Numbered from the stretch's first letter, positions 47,811 to 61,709 are shown. The stretch: 64,000 nt of DNA from Macrostomum hystrix (GCA_950097015.1 CATNEN010000003.1:10230001-10294000), one strand, 5' to 3'. Numbers and translations: made by a program. The notes: a model not told the origin generated them from the letters alone.

Positions 47811-48794
47811 GGCTGTTGATCTCCCACAAGGTCATCTATAGGAAATTTTCTACAAAGGTAATGCCTTTCAACTGGGCACTGGTTCTCGCATCCTAAAATA
47901 CTAAGCACCCTGTCTATTCATATTCATAATCGATGTGCTGTTTTTCTCAGGCTGTTCAGCGGAAGGCGCCAGTCCCAACTCCGCCAATCCAAAGTTGTTT
48001 CTCGAGTGGTGTTGGGTTTAATTCGATCTACTGGATGTGCCTTCGGTCTGTGGGTAAGATAATATACTGTAGACGTGTTACAATTGTCTTTGTTGCTTTA
48101 GTTAGACAAGTTAGTCAAAAGTTTGTCAACAATCAATGATTAACAAAAATCTGAACATAGGTAAGTAGAAATTTGTCTACTGATTATAATTTATTTTTTC
48201 CGTATAATCTAAAACGGACTCTGTGTCTTCCTGTCTCAGAAAAACAAGCCGACTGCAGCTCCAATATTAACTCGCTTGAAGAAGAAGCCTTGTTGGCTTT
48301 TTTAATCGCTGAAATGGCTTTCCCCGGCAAGTATTTGTCGCTGGAGTCATTCTTTACTAATGACTTTTTTCACTTTCTAATATATTATATGCGCGTATAC
48401 AGTGAATAACTAAACTCCCTGTGTGTCCTTTCGAAGTGCTTTTCGTTCAAACACAGCCTCTTCAATCCCCTTTTTTGGTGGAGGATAAGTCTCCAATGGG
48501 GATTAAAATTTTACACGTGTATAGCAGCGGATATATAGACTTTATAATGGGGCAGTGAATTTGTTATCTTTCTATTTTCTGGAGCTTGTTAAAAAGGGGA
48601 ATCAATTATTTGTTTAACGATCAAAAAGTAAGTTCTGAAAAGTACTTTGTAAACGTTGGCCATTTGAGAAATCCTGCATTTGAGTCTGTGAACATTGATT
48701 ATATTCAGCCATTTTTTAAACTTGATGATGAAGCTCACATTTTTCTATGGCCTAAAATATTTTTTAATTTCTATTTTTTACAATAGGAGGCAAA

Positions 48795-49390
48795 GAACGA
48801 CTCAAACACTACAAAAACTATTCAAACACTTCAATAAACGACTCAAACACTTCAATAAACGACTCAAACACTTCAATAAATGACTCAAACACTTTAATAA
48901 ACGACCCAAAAACTTCAATAAACGACTCAAAAACTTCAATAAACGACTCAAACACTTCAATAAACGACTCAAACACTTCAATAACGACTCAAACACTTCA
49001 ATAAACGACTCAAACACTTCAATAACGACTCAAACACTTCAATAAACGACTCAAACACTTCAATAACGACTCAAACACTTCAATAAACGACTCAAACACT
49101 TCAATAAACGACTCAAACACTTCAATAAACGACTCAAACACTTCAATAAACGACCCAAAAACTTCAATAAACGACCCAAAAACTTCAATAAACGACCCAA
49201 AAACTTCAATAAACGACCCAAAAACTTCAATAAACGACTCAAACACTTCAATAAACGACCCAAAAACTTCAATAAACGACTCAAAAACTTCAATAAACGA
49301 CTCAAAAACTTCAATAAACGACTCAAAAACTTCAATAAACGACTCAAAAACTTCAATAAACGACTCAAGCACTTCAATAACGACTCAAGC
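48795..49390. repeat. 21-bp minisatellite
   Basis: Unit AAACGACTCAAACACTTCAAT. Confidence 0.93.
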
Positions 49391-49820
49391 GCTTCTCTAA
49401 TGACTTAACACAACGTTTGTGAGTGTGCATGTGTGTGTGTGTGACAAACTACTCACAGTTGACTTCTCACGCGAAATCATTTCGCTTTAGTTCTTGCCTG
49501 TAAGCAATTAATCAGTCACTTTTCAGATTCCAGTGGCTTAAGGGTAGTTTTTTTTAGTTTTTGGTTCTACCCAGTTTTTAGCCCCGCCTTTGTACGGGGC
49601 TTTGACGGCATTCACGTTTGACCTCTTGTCACTGATGGTTAGGCGAGCTGTCTAGATCCCCATTAGGTCGATGCACAGCCGCCTCATACAGCTATTTTGT
49701 TAATAAATTATGCAATTTTATTATTATTTTTCTTGACTGGTCGAAATTTTTAACCGGATGTGACACTGTCTGTGAAATCAGTGCTATCAAATTTTCTCCC
49801 ATGCAGTTATATAATTAGTT

Positions 49821-50801
49821 ATGGCTGGACCATTAGGGCATATAATACACTTTTATTCTATCCCTAGGGAAAACACGTTAATAACTGATTACATCCAGTC
49901 AGTTCATATTTGATTTTAGAATATTGCCTAAGATATTAGGGTGTCATTGATTCTATATACCGCTGTAATAACCACTTCTTACAAAAACTAAAGAGAGAAT
50001 ACATGAGAGAGGAGAGGAGAGAATAGAGGAGAGAGGAGAGGAGAGAATAGATGAGAGGAGAGAGAAGAGAATAGATGAGAGGAGAAAGAAGAGAATAGAT
50101 GAGATATAAGAGGAGAGAATAGATGAGATATAAGAGGAGAGAATAGATGAGATATAAGAGGAGAGAATAGATGAGATATAAGAGGAGAGAATAGATGAGA
50201 TATAAGAGGAGAGAATAGATGAGATATAAGAGGAGAGAATAGATGAGATATAAGAGGAGAGAATAGATGAGATATAAGAGGAGAGAATAGATGAGAGAGG
50301 AGAGGAGAGAATCGATGAGAGAAGAGAGGAGAGAATATAGGAGAGAGGAGAGGAGAGAATATAGGAGAGAGGAGAGGAGAGAATATAGGAGAGAGGAGAG
50401 GAGAGAATATAGGAGAGAGGAAAGGAGAGAACATAGGAGAGAGGAGAGAAGAGAATATAGGAGAGAGGAGAGGAGAGAATATAGGAGACAGGATAGGAGA
50501 GAATAGATGAGAGGAGAGGAGAGAATAGATGAGAGGAGAGAGTAGAGAATAGATAAGATATAAGAGGAGAGGATAGATGAGAGATAAGAGGAGAGGAGAG
50601 AATAGATAAGAGGAGAGAGAAGAGAATAGAATGGTTGGACCATTAGGGAAAATAATACACTTTTATTCTATCCCTAGGGAAAACACGTTAATAACTGATT
50701 ACATCCAGTCAGTTCATATTTGATTTTATAATATTGCCTAAGATATAGGGTGTCATTGATTCTATATACCGCTGTAATAACCACTTCTTACAAAAACTAA
50801 A
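49821..50801. repeat. ~170-bp direct repeats (49821-49992, 50631-50801) flanking a 24-bp GA-rich satellite
   Basis: Near-identical unique segments ATGG(C/T)TGGACCATTAGGG...ACAAAAACTAAA on both sides of the array. Confidence 0.9.
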
Positions 50802-51044
50802 CTTTACTCAAATCAAACTGAACTCAATTTCCAGGCCGTCTTTCTAATTTAGACCAGAAAAAAATAATTGCATCACAAGTGATGACGTAATAAACAGGAT
50901 TCACGCCCCCTGCCAATGAAAACTTTGCATCCCAAATTCAACAGACAGTCACTGCTGCGCAACATTTAAACTTGCACTTGAATTTTTATTTCCCGATGCA
51001 ACACTCGTGAGTCAAATTCGTGATCTTCCAACCTAATACAAGCC

Positions 51045-52400
51045 TTGCTTCTCACACCCATTCTCACACACACCTCAGATCTCACACCCATTCACACACA
51101 CACCTCATATCTCGCACCCATTCACACACACACCTCATATCTCGCACCCATTCTCACACACACCTCATATCTCGCACCCATTCTCACACACACCTCATAT
51201 CTCGCACCCATTCACACACACACCTCATATCTCGCACCCATTCTCACACACACCTCATATCTCGCACCCATTCTCACACACACCTCATATCTCGCACCCA
51301 TTCTCACACACACCTCATATCTCGCACCCATTCACACACACACCTCATATCTCGCACCCATTCTCACACACACCTCATATCTCGCACCCATTCTCACACA
51401 CACCTCATATCTCGCACCGATTCTCACACACACCTCATATCTCGCACCGATTCTCACACACACCTCATATCTCGCACCCATTCACACACACACCTCATAT
51501 CTCGCACCCATTCTCACACACACCTCATATCTCGCACCCATTCTCACACACACCTCATATCTCGCACCCATTCACACACACACCTCATATCTCGCACCCA
51601 TTCACACACACACCTCATATCTCGCACCCATTCACACACACACCTCATATCTCGCACCCATTCACACACACACCTCATATCTCGCACCCATTCACACACA
51701 CACCTCATATCTCGCACCCATTCACACACACACCTCATATCTCGCACCCATTCTCACACACACCTCATATCTCGCACCCATTCTCACACACACCTCATAT
51801 CTCGCACCGATTCTCACACACACCTCATATCTCGCACCCATTCTCACACACACACCTCATATCTCGCACCCATTCTCACACACACCTCATATCTCGCACC
51901 CATTCTCACACACACCTCATATCTCGCACCCATTCTCATCCACACCTCATATCTCGCACCCATTCTCACACACACCTCATATCTCACACCCATTCTCACA
52001 CACACCATCATATCTCGCACCCATTCTCATCCACACCTCATATCTCACACCCATTCTCATTCACACCTCATATCTCACACCCATTCTCATCCACACCTCA
52101 TGTCTCAATCATTCTCATTCACACCTCATATCTCGCACCCATTCTCATCCACACCTCATATCTCGCACCCATACTCACACACACCTCATATCTCGCACCC
52201 ATACTCACACACACCTCATATCTCGCACCCATTCTCAAACACACCTCATATCTCGCACCCATTCTCACACACACCTCATATCTCGCACCCATTCTCATAC
52301 ACACCTCATATCTCGCACCCATTCTCACACACACCTCATATCTCGCACCCATACTCACACACACCTCATATCTCGCACCCATTCTTATTCACATCTCATT
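51045..52400. repeat. 30-bp minisatellite
   Basis: Unit TTCTCACACACACCTCATATCTCGCACCCA. Confidence 0.95.
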
Positions 52401-53094
52401 TCTTCCAACGTTTCTTACTGTTCAGCTGCATTAAAAAACCAGATGTCTAACGGTCATACTATTGTGAAGTCATAATTTTTTACGTATTTTTCAGTTAACT
52501 GAGTACTGCACTTTCAGCTTAAGCTTTTCAACTGTTGGCCGACAAAATTGCTTGTATTCGGAAAAGCTTTTGAAGTGCCGACATTTGAATATCAGAAGGG
52601 GAAATTCTACTTGACTTGACTAGCATTCTGTTGGCCAATATTACTAAACCTTTGGCAAATACTTCCCCCTCCTTTTATCCGCTTTGTCTCACTGCCTTTG
52701 TCCATCTTGTTTGCTTTTAGAGGCTCATACCAGAAGTGCCCGCTGAGATTTTCGGAGAAGAAAACCCTGGCTTCTTTCTCTTTTTGTTAGAGAATTTCTT
52801 ACTTTTTTTGACAAATAATTTTAAAGGAAGGAGAGTCGGCGGGTTGGGGATTTGGGATGAGCTGTGGTCATTGGTTCTCGGATCCGATGGGATGAGTTTG
52901 AGCAGTGAGCGCTGCTGCATTTTTGTTAAATAATAATGTAGTTCTAGTTTGAGTGTAGACTCACCATCAGCGTCAGAATTTTGATCTTGTAAAGAAATAA
53001 CAAAATAGCAGAGCCATGGTTGCTGGTCACAGCTTTGCACAGCCCATGGTTGAATTAAAAATCTCTGACGTGACTGTGTTCGCGGGTGAGTCAT

Positions 53095-53690
53095 GTTCCT
53101 GTCTAACAGGTTACATTTCTGTCTAACAGGTTACAGTTCTGTCTAACAGGTTACAGTTCTGTCTAACAGGTTACAGTTCTGTCTAACAAGTTACAGTTCT
53201 GTCTAACAGGCTACATTTCTGTCTAACAAGTTACAGTTCTGTCTAACAAGTTACAGTTCTGTCTAACAGGTTACAGTTTTGTCTAACAGGTTACATTTCT
53301 GTCTAACAGGTTACAGTTCTGTCTAACAGGTTACATTTCTGTATAACAGGTTACATTTCTGTCTAACAGGTTACAGTTCTGTTGAACAGATTACAATTCC
53401 GTCTAACAGGTTACAGCTCTGTCTAACAGGTTACAGTTCTGTCTAACAGGTTACATTTCTGTCTAACAGGTTACAGTTCTGTCTAACAGGTTACAGTTCT
53501 GTTTAACAAGTTACAGTTCTGTCTAAAAGGTTACAGTTCTGTCTAACAAGTTACTGTTCTGTCTAACAGGTTACAATTCTGTCTAACAAGTTACAGTTCT
53601 GTCTAACAGGTTACAGTTCTGTCTAACAAGTTACAGTTCTGTCTAACAGGTTACATCTCTGTCTAACAGGTTACAGTTCTGTCTAACAGG
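53095..53690. repeat. 20-bp minisatellite
   Basis: Unit GTCTAACAGGTTACAGTTCT. Confidence 0.95.
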
Positions 53691-54664
53691 TAGTTTTCAC
53701 TGTCTAGCCAATTTTGTAATTGGTTGCAAAACAGAATACTTATGTTTTTCAATCTATAATTTTCTTTCGAGAGCTAACAGATTTAGAAATAAATGGTCCA
53801 GCAATTTATCATATAAGTTAGAAAATTGTTGCAGCAATTTAGTTTCCACCCCAAAAGAGACTCTGCTCAAAGCAAAAAAAGAAAATTACAGTAGAAAAAT
53901 TGGCGGAGAAAGCAGATGTTTTTATTCGATACGATTGCTGCAAAGAAGCAATTTTTTTGTTCAGTCGCACAACGACTTTGCATTCGCGCGTACCCAGGTG
54001 TGCTAAATTTTTCCTACAGAGCTAATTACGCGCAGCTTCTCAGATTCTGGCTGTTTGCTTTTCTTTGATCCGGAAAATAACAGCTTTTTTGTTCGCTATA
54101 AACAGATCTCGTAAGCAAGTTTTTTTCTGGCACGATTCAATAATTTTAAGAACAATTTGCTTATATTTCTACTGCTAGTAGTTTCTTGATCGCAACAAAC
54201 TGATTTTTCGATCTGATTTCCCTTTTCCGATTTCTAAATTGACCTTAGTTTATGCTAAATACCTTTAAAAAGTAAACCAGACAGAAATTTTTCAGTTAGA
54301 AAATCTCTAATTCCGTTACCTAATAAACTAACTGTGGCATCAGTCGTGCTTCACCCTCAAAGTTAAGTGGTATAATTATACTATATAATTAAAGCGAATA
54401 ATTATACGCCCGTTAAACTCTACATCCGTTAAAATCTCTATCCGTTAAAATATACATCAGTTGAACTTAAAACTCAAAATTTTCTAATTCTATAAATTTG
54501 AGATCCGTAATGTTCCACATACGTTAAAATCAAAACCTATTTTTCTACATCCTTAAAACTTTAAATCCTTTGAATTCTACTTCCGCTAAATTCTGTCTTA
54601 AAAACTACGAGCGTAAATCTATCTTAATTCCTTAATTCGAGATCCTTAAGTTTTTGTAATACTT

Positions 54665-55965
54665 CCTCCCTCTTCATTTCTCCCTCTCTTTCTCTCCCTC
54701 TCCTTCTCTCCCTCTCCTTCTCTCCCTCTCCTTCTCTCCCCTCTCCTTCTCTCCCTCTCCTTCTCTTCCCTCTCCTTCTCTCCCTCTCCTTCTATTCCCT
54801 CTCCTTCTCTTCCTCTCCTTCTCTCCCTCTCCTTCTATCCCTCTCCTTCTCTCACTCTCCTTCTCTCCCTCTCCTTCTCTCCCTCTCCTTTTCTCCCTCC
54901 TTCTCTCCCCTCTCCTTCTCTCCCTCTCCTTCTCTCCCTCTCCTTCTCTCCCTCTCCTTCTCTCCCTCTCCTTCTCTCTCTCCTTCTCTCCCCTCTCCTT
55001 CTCTCCCTCTCCTTCTCTCCCTCTCCTTTTCTCCCTCCTTCTCTCCCCTCTCCTTCTCTCTCTCTCCTTCTCTTCCCTCTCCTTCTCTCCCTCTCCTTCT
55101 CTCCCTCTCCTTCTATTCCCTCTCCTTCTCTTCCTCTCCTTCTCTCCCTCTCCTTCTATCCCTCTCCTTCTCTCACTCTCCTTCTCTCCCTCTCCTTCTC
55201 TCACTCTCCTTCTCTTCCTCTCCTTCTCTCCCTCTCCTTCTATCCCTCTCCTTCTCTCACTCTCCTTCTCTTCCCTCTCCTTCTCTCCCTCTCCTTCTCT
55301 CCCTCTCCTTTTCTCCCTCCTTCTCTCCCCTCTCCTTCTCTCCCTCTCCTTCTCTCCCTCTCCTTCTCTCCCTCTCCTTCTCTCCCTCTCCTTCTCTCTC
55401 TCCTTCTCTCCCCTCTCCTTCTCTCCCTCTCCTTCTCTCTCTCCTTCTCTCCCCTCTCCTTCTCTTCCCTCTCCTTCTCTCCCTCTCCTTCTATTCCCTC
55501 TCCTTCTCTTCCTCTCCTTCTCTCCCTCTCCTTCTATCCCTCTCCTTCTCTCACTCTCCTTCTCTCCCTCTCCTTCTCTCACTCTCCTTCTCTTCCTCTC
55601 CTTCTCTCCCTCTCCTTCTATCCCTCTCCTTCTCTCACTCTCCTTCTCTTCCCTCTCCTTCTCTCCCTCTCCTTCTCTCCCTCTCCTTTTCTCCCTCCTT
55701 CTCTCCCCTCTCCTTCTCTCCCTCTCCTTCTCTCCCTCTCCTTCTCTCCCTCTCCTTCTCTCCCTCTCCTTCTCTCTCTCCTTCTCTCCCCTCTCCTTCT
55801 CTCCCTCTCCTTCTCTCCCTCTCCTTCTCTCCCTCTCCTTCTCTCTCTCCTTCTCTCCCCTCTCCTTCTCTCCCTCTCCTTCTCTCCCTCTCCTTTTCTC
55901 CCTCCTTCTCTCCCCTCTCCTTCTCTCTCTCTCCTTCTCTTCCCTCTCCTTCTCTCCCTCTCTTT
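54665..55965. repeat. 14-bp almost pure pyrimidine satellite
   Basis: Unit CTCTCCTTCTCTCC. Confidence 0.95.
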
Positions 55966-56349
55966 TTTACTTTCACTTTATGACTATAAAAAACGTAAAT
56001 CCGTTTGTACTTTTCTCATCAATGTCGAAACTAAGGATTCAATATGGCTTTTAACATATCTGGAAAAAAATGCGACAAATATTCCTAATCTTCTTAGCCT
56101 CGATTCTCATTGGCCAGCCAATCAATGCAGCCTGTCAAATTGAGTCACTTTTGAGTTTTGAATTAACAAGTAAAGTAATTCTAAGCTTCCAAACCAATAC
56201 AATCTGGATGTAGCAGTACGTTATTCATCCCTCAGTTAGCATATTGTTTTTAAGGTTTGCTATAGTATTGTGCTCACTAAAGACACACCTTATATCTGCG
56301 CTCCTTTTCTGCATCCATGCAAGTCTTTCTTCTGCCTCAAAGACGCCAA

Positions 56350-56380
<31 letters not shown>

Positions 56381-56919
56381 TCTAGGCAGTTATAAGCCTA
56401 GACCAACAATTCCTTCTTATGTAAACGGAACCTAACTTCCTTGCCTAGTCTTTTAAATTGTGTTCGATTGCCAGCCCTTACTACTGCCGCCACCGCCGCA
56501 GCTACTTCCGGAAGACCAAAGTAACTTTCAACTCCGCCTAAAAAAAGTTTGAGTAAAAATGTCATCTCTTTTATTCGCGAATCACCTGGCTGACTGGTGT
56601 CAGTTAGATCTGTCTTTTTTGTCAACCAGGCACACAAGATTTCCCTATTGAGTTAAGATTTGCATCTATAAAAACTAGGTGACTTCAAGCTATATAATCT
56701 ATTAGCTGTTTAATTTGTGAGTTGCCATGATTCGAAAGATGAATTATTAGTCCAATAAATGAAGTCATTATACTGGATCCTGTTGGCCATGACTAATATC
56801 GTGTCCAATCATGTCTCCGAATCGAGACTAAACAAAAACGGTTTCTTCTCATCGAATCGATATCTCATCGAAGTTGAAGTGGACTATATACTGGGTAAGA
56901 ATACGTGAAAATTTGTGAT

Positions 56920-57995
56920 CTAGCCTCAGTGGATGAAGGAATAGAATGGATTGCTAGTCTAGCCTCAGTGGGTGAAGGAATAGAATGGATTGCTAGTCTA
57001 GCCTCTCAGTGGGTGAAGGAATAGAATGGATTGCTAGTCTAGCCTCAGTGGGTGAAGGAATAGAATGGATTGCTAGTCTAGCCTCAGTGGATGAAGGAAT
57101 AGAATGGATTGCTAGTCTAGCCTCAGTGGGTGAAGGAATAGAATGGATTGCTAGTCTAGCCTCAGTGGTTGAAGGAATAGAATGGATTGCTAGTCTAGCC
57201 TCAGTGGGTGAAGGAATAGAATGGATTGCTAGTCTAGCCTCTCAGTGGGTGAAGGAGTAGAATGGATTGCTAGTCTAGCCTCTCAGTGGGTGAAGGAATA
57301 GAATGGATTGCTAGTCTAGCCTCTCAGTGGGTGAAGGAATAGAATGGATTGCTAGTCTAGCCTCTCAGTGGGTGAAGGAATAGAATGGATTGCTAGTCTA
57401 GCCTCAGTGGGTGAAGGAATAGAATGGATTGCTAGTCTAGCCTCAGTGGTTGAAGGAATAGAATGGATTGCTAGTCTAGCCTCAGTGGGTGAAGGAATAG
57501 AATGGATTGCTAGTCTAGCCTCTCAGTGGGTGAAGGAGTAGAATGGATTGCTAGTCTAGCCTCAGTGGGTGAAGGAATAGAATGGATTGCTAGTCTAGCC
57601 TCTCAGTGGGTGAAGGAATAGAATGGATTGCTAGTCTAGCCTCAGTGGATGAAGGAAAAGAATGGATTGCTAGTCTAGCCTCAGTGGGTGAAGGAATAGA
57701 ATGGATTGCTAGTCTAGCCTCTCAGTGGGTGAAGGAATAGAATGGATTGCTAGTCTAGCCTCAGTGGCTGAAGGAATAGAATGGATTGCTAGTCTAGCCT
57801 CAGTGGATGAAGGAATAGAATGGATTGCTAGTCTAGCCTCAGTGGATGAAGGAATAGAATGGATTGCTAGTCTAGCCTCAGTGGCTGAAGGAATAGAATG
57901 GATTGCTAGTCTAGCCTCAGTGGCTGAAGGAATAGAATGGATTGCTAGTCTAGCCTCAGTGGATGAAGGAATAGAATGGATTGCTAGTCTAGCCT
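56920..57995. repeat. 39/41-bp minisatellite
   Basis: Unit CTAGCCTC(TC)AGTGGGTGAAGGAATAGAATGGATTGCTAGT. Confidence 0.95.
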
Positions 57996-58489
57996 TATTT
58001 GATTTTGTGTGAAGGATAATATGAATTGCCAAATCGGTTAATCAAGCTAAAAATGAACTTTTATTTACCCTGGATAATTCTAAGAAGAATGCGTGAAATA
58101 AGCCATTAAAACAAATGCGAGAAGCAGCATTCACAATTGAGTATGTCACCAGAAGCCAGTCATTGTATTTCGATTCCTTCGACAAGGCAAATCTCTGATT
58201 TGGTAGTAAAATTTTGTCTGAAATGAGAATAATTAGCATTTTTCTGTTTGCATAATTTGCATAAGGCTATCGCTGAAGGAGTGAAGTGGTCAGTAGGCCT
58301 TCATACAGCTGTCCAGTTTTCAATAAAAAACTGCCCCATAGGGAAGTGTGAGAAATTTACTAGCCTAAGAGATTAACAGAAAATCGGATTAGTATTGAAG
58401 TCATTGCAGAGTAGATCAAAGTAGATAAAGGATGGAAGATTATCAATTGGAGTAGATTGACCATGGTACTCGTAGATTAATCGAGAGAA

Positions 58490-58940
58490 GATTATGGCAG
58501 ATTTCGTTGAAGATTGTGACAGATTTTTTAGAAGATCTCGGCAGATTCTGTAATAGATTCTAGTTTATTTTTCGCAGATTGTGGCAGATTTTTTGCAGAT
58601 TGTGGCAGATGGCAGATTTTTTGCAGATAGGAACAGGTTTGTTAGCAGATTGTGGCAGATTTTTTGCAGATTACGGGAGATTTTTTGCAGATTGTGGCAG
58701 ATTTTTTTGTAGATTGTGGCAGATTTGTTAGCAGATTGTTGCAGATTTTTGGCAGATTATGGGAGATTTTTCGCAGATTTTGGAAGATTTTTAGCAGATT
58801 GTGGCAGATTTGTTTGCAGATTGTGGCAGATTTTTTGCAGATTTTGGCAGATTTTTTTGCAGATTGTGGCAGATTTTTAGCAGATTGGGGCAGATTTTTT
58901 GCAGATTGTGGCAGATTTTTAGCAGATTGGGGCAGATTCG
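58490..58940. repeat. Degenerate GCAGATT-based repeat
   Basis: Unit approximately GCAGATTGTGGCAGATTTTTT. Confidence 0.85.
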
Positions 58941-59749
58941 GGTAGAATGAAGAGAATGAATTTTTCGGAAAAAAAATTGTGTTCGTCTGTTAAAAATTAG
59001 TTGCCATGGAAACTAGCCTTGTACGAATGTACGCAGTTTTCATAAACAATTGAACTTTGTCTGCAACTGTTAAGACCGACGCTTCAACACGCAAGCAAAA
59101 AAGTAGAATCAAAGTGCATAATATTATCGACGGGGGAAAATTATTGGGTTCTCAAATTTCTAGTCAACTTCATTTACTATTCAGACTCGTTCAACTGCCT
59201 ATTTAGGTGTATATAGATGTACTTTTATCTGTTTGCTAATCTTTTAATCCTAGTTAAGGATAAAAAATTTTGTTTCGAAAAGGCTTTCTATACTCAACAT
59301 GTGCTCAAATTTTATTGTGCTTTTCACTAAAAATTTTCCTGCGATCTTAACCGATTGTGTAAGCAGGTGAAAATTAATTTGACCTAAATCCACTCCAAAA
59401 TCTCAGCTCTCACCTGCTACACGAACCCGTGATTTTACAAGAGCCCACAATAAGTAGCAATGCCCTCTTATTTTTATAGCGTCGATTCTGATTAGATTCG
59501 ATCGAACAAGGATAGACAAAATTCTGCCACAATTAATAACTGATCAGCCTTACTCTGTACCTGCTTCAAGCCAAGCTGCTTCTGCTGCTAACAACATCGC
59601 CAATCTGTTGGCTAAATGAAGCAAAAGAACATGTTCCAGCTACCCTATGCCTGTACTGTATCCCTTATCCATCACGGCCTTGTCTCGTCACCAAGCCATG
59701 TTCGCCTCTTCATTTGGCTGCTGCCACTAATTATAAATCTCTATCGTCA

Positions 59750-60950
59750 TGTTCTCTCCCTCTCCTTCTCTCCCTCTCCTTCTCTCCCTCTCCTTCTCTC
59801 CCTCTCCTTCTCCCCTCTCCTTCTCTCCCTCTCCTTCTCCCCTCTCCTTCTCTCCCTCGCCTTCTCTCCCTCTCCTTCTCTCCCTCTCCATCTCTCCCTC
59901 TCCTTCTCTCCCTCTCCATCTCTCCCTCTCCTTCTCTCCCTCTCCTTCTCTCCCTCTCCTTCTCCCCTCTCCTTCTCTCCCTCGCCTTCTCTCCCTCTCC
60001 TTCTCTCCCTCTCCTTCTCTCTCTCTCCTTCTCTCCCTCTCCTTCTCTCCCTCTCCTTCTCTCCCTCTCCTTCTCTCCCTCTCCTTCTCTCCCTCTCCTT
60101 CTCTCCCTCTCCTTCTCTCCCTCTCCTTCTGTCCCTCTCCTTCTCTCCCTCTCCTTCTCCCCTCTCCTTCTCCCCTCTCCTTCTCTCCCTCTCCTTCTCT
60201 CCCTCGCCTTCTCTCCCTCTCCTTCTCTCCCTCTCCTTCTCCCCTCTCCTTCTCCCCTCTCCTTCTCTCCCTCGCCTTCTCTCCCTCTCCTTCTCTCCCT
60301 CTCCTTCTCTCCCTCTCCTTCTCTCCCTCTCCTTCTGTCCCTCTCCTTCTCTCCCTCTCCTTATCTCCCTCTCCTTCTCTCCCTCTCCATCTCTCCCTCT
60401 CCTTCTCTCCCTCTCCTTCTCTCCCTCTCCTTCTCCCCTCTCCTTCTCTCCCTCGCCTTCTCTCCCTCTCCTTCTCTCCCTCTCCTTCTCTCTCTCTCCT
60501 TCTCTCCCTCTCCTTCTCTCCCTCTCCTTCTCTCCCTCTCCTTCTCTCCCTCTCCTTCTCTCCCTCTCCTTCTCTCCCTCTCCTTCTCTCCCTCTCCTTC
60601 TGTCCCTCTCCTTCTGTCCCTCTCCTTATCTCCCTCTCCTTCTCCCCTCTCCTTCTCTCCTCTCCTTCTCTCCCTCGCCTTCTCTCCCTCTCCTTCTCTC
60701 CCTCTCCTTCTCTCCCTCTCCTTCTCTCCCTCTCCTTCTCTCCCTCTCCTTCTCTCCCTCTCCTTCTCCCCTCTCCTTCTCTCCCTCGCCTTCTCTCCCT
60801 CTCCTTCTCTCCCTCTCCTTCTCTCCCTCTCCTTCTCTCCCTCTCCTTCTCTCCCTCTCCTTCTCTCCCTCTCCTTCTCTCCCTCTCCTTCTCTCCCTCT
60901 CCTTCTCTCCCTCTCCTTCTCTCCCTCTCCTTCTCTCCCCTCTCCTTTTC
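59750..60950. repeat. 14-bp pyrimidine satellite (same unit as 54665-55965)
   Basis: Unit CTCTCCTTCTCTCC. Confidence 0.95.
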
Positions 60951-61539
60951 TTTCGTTTCCTTCCTTTTTTATCGGTCTCTGCCTCAAATTCTCTACCTCT
61001 ACTTTACCTCTACTTCTCTCCCTATTATTCTCTAAATGTAAAAAATCTAATAGAATTCTCTTGTAACTATGAGAAACGAAATTTAAACAATTGCAATAAT
61101 ATAAATTGTTGAAAACACATTTGGCATCACCTGAACGAAAGCATGTAAATTATTAATTAGATTTCTAATAAAAGTCAGGCCACTATTTCATTATTCTGCA
61201 GTACTGGATTATCTCGAATCAGTCCAAAAGCCAACTTCAAGGTTCGTAAACTTTCAAACGCATAGATAAAAAATCGATAGAAACAGAAAATCAGCTGCTT
61301 CAACTAGGGCCCTATATGCCTAGCTCTATAGAGCCATGACTATGCGCCCGACTGCACAGGCTTTGGGATTAAATTCAATCAATTTACGACTGAATTGGAA
61401 CCCATAGCAGCCTCTTAGTGTCAGGCTTCACGCCTGGAAAATCTGGCGAGAGATAAGAGACTTGAGACTGCACCGTAATATAGTTAGCTGACACTGATTT
61501 AAACTGCTTTTGTCAAACCTGCTTTGGCCTTCCATACTC

Positions 61540-61585
61540 TATCTATGTATGTATCCATCTACCTATCTATCTATCTATCTATCCT

Positions 61586-61615
<30 letters not shown>
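61540..61615. repeat. (CTAT)n microsatellite
   Basis: Read directly from the sequence. Confidence 0.9.
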
Positions 61616-61616
<1 letters not shown>

Positions 61617-61709
61617 CCTTTGTCTTTTAGACAAAGAGAGGAAAAAAGAGAGATTGAAAGAAAGAGAAGAGGGGAAGAAGAGGAAGAGTGGGGATAAGTG
61701 GAGGTTGAG

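Noticed and set aside
48586-48786. Integrase/transposase-like peptide PAFESVNIDYIQPF
   Set aside because: One short resemblance with no further catalytic motifs in frame; needs a profile search.
56920-57995. CRISPR-like 39-41-bp repeats (also the 28-33-bp arrays)
   Set aside because: Units are contiguous with no unique spacers, there are no cas genes, and the context is eukaryotic.
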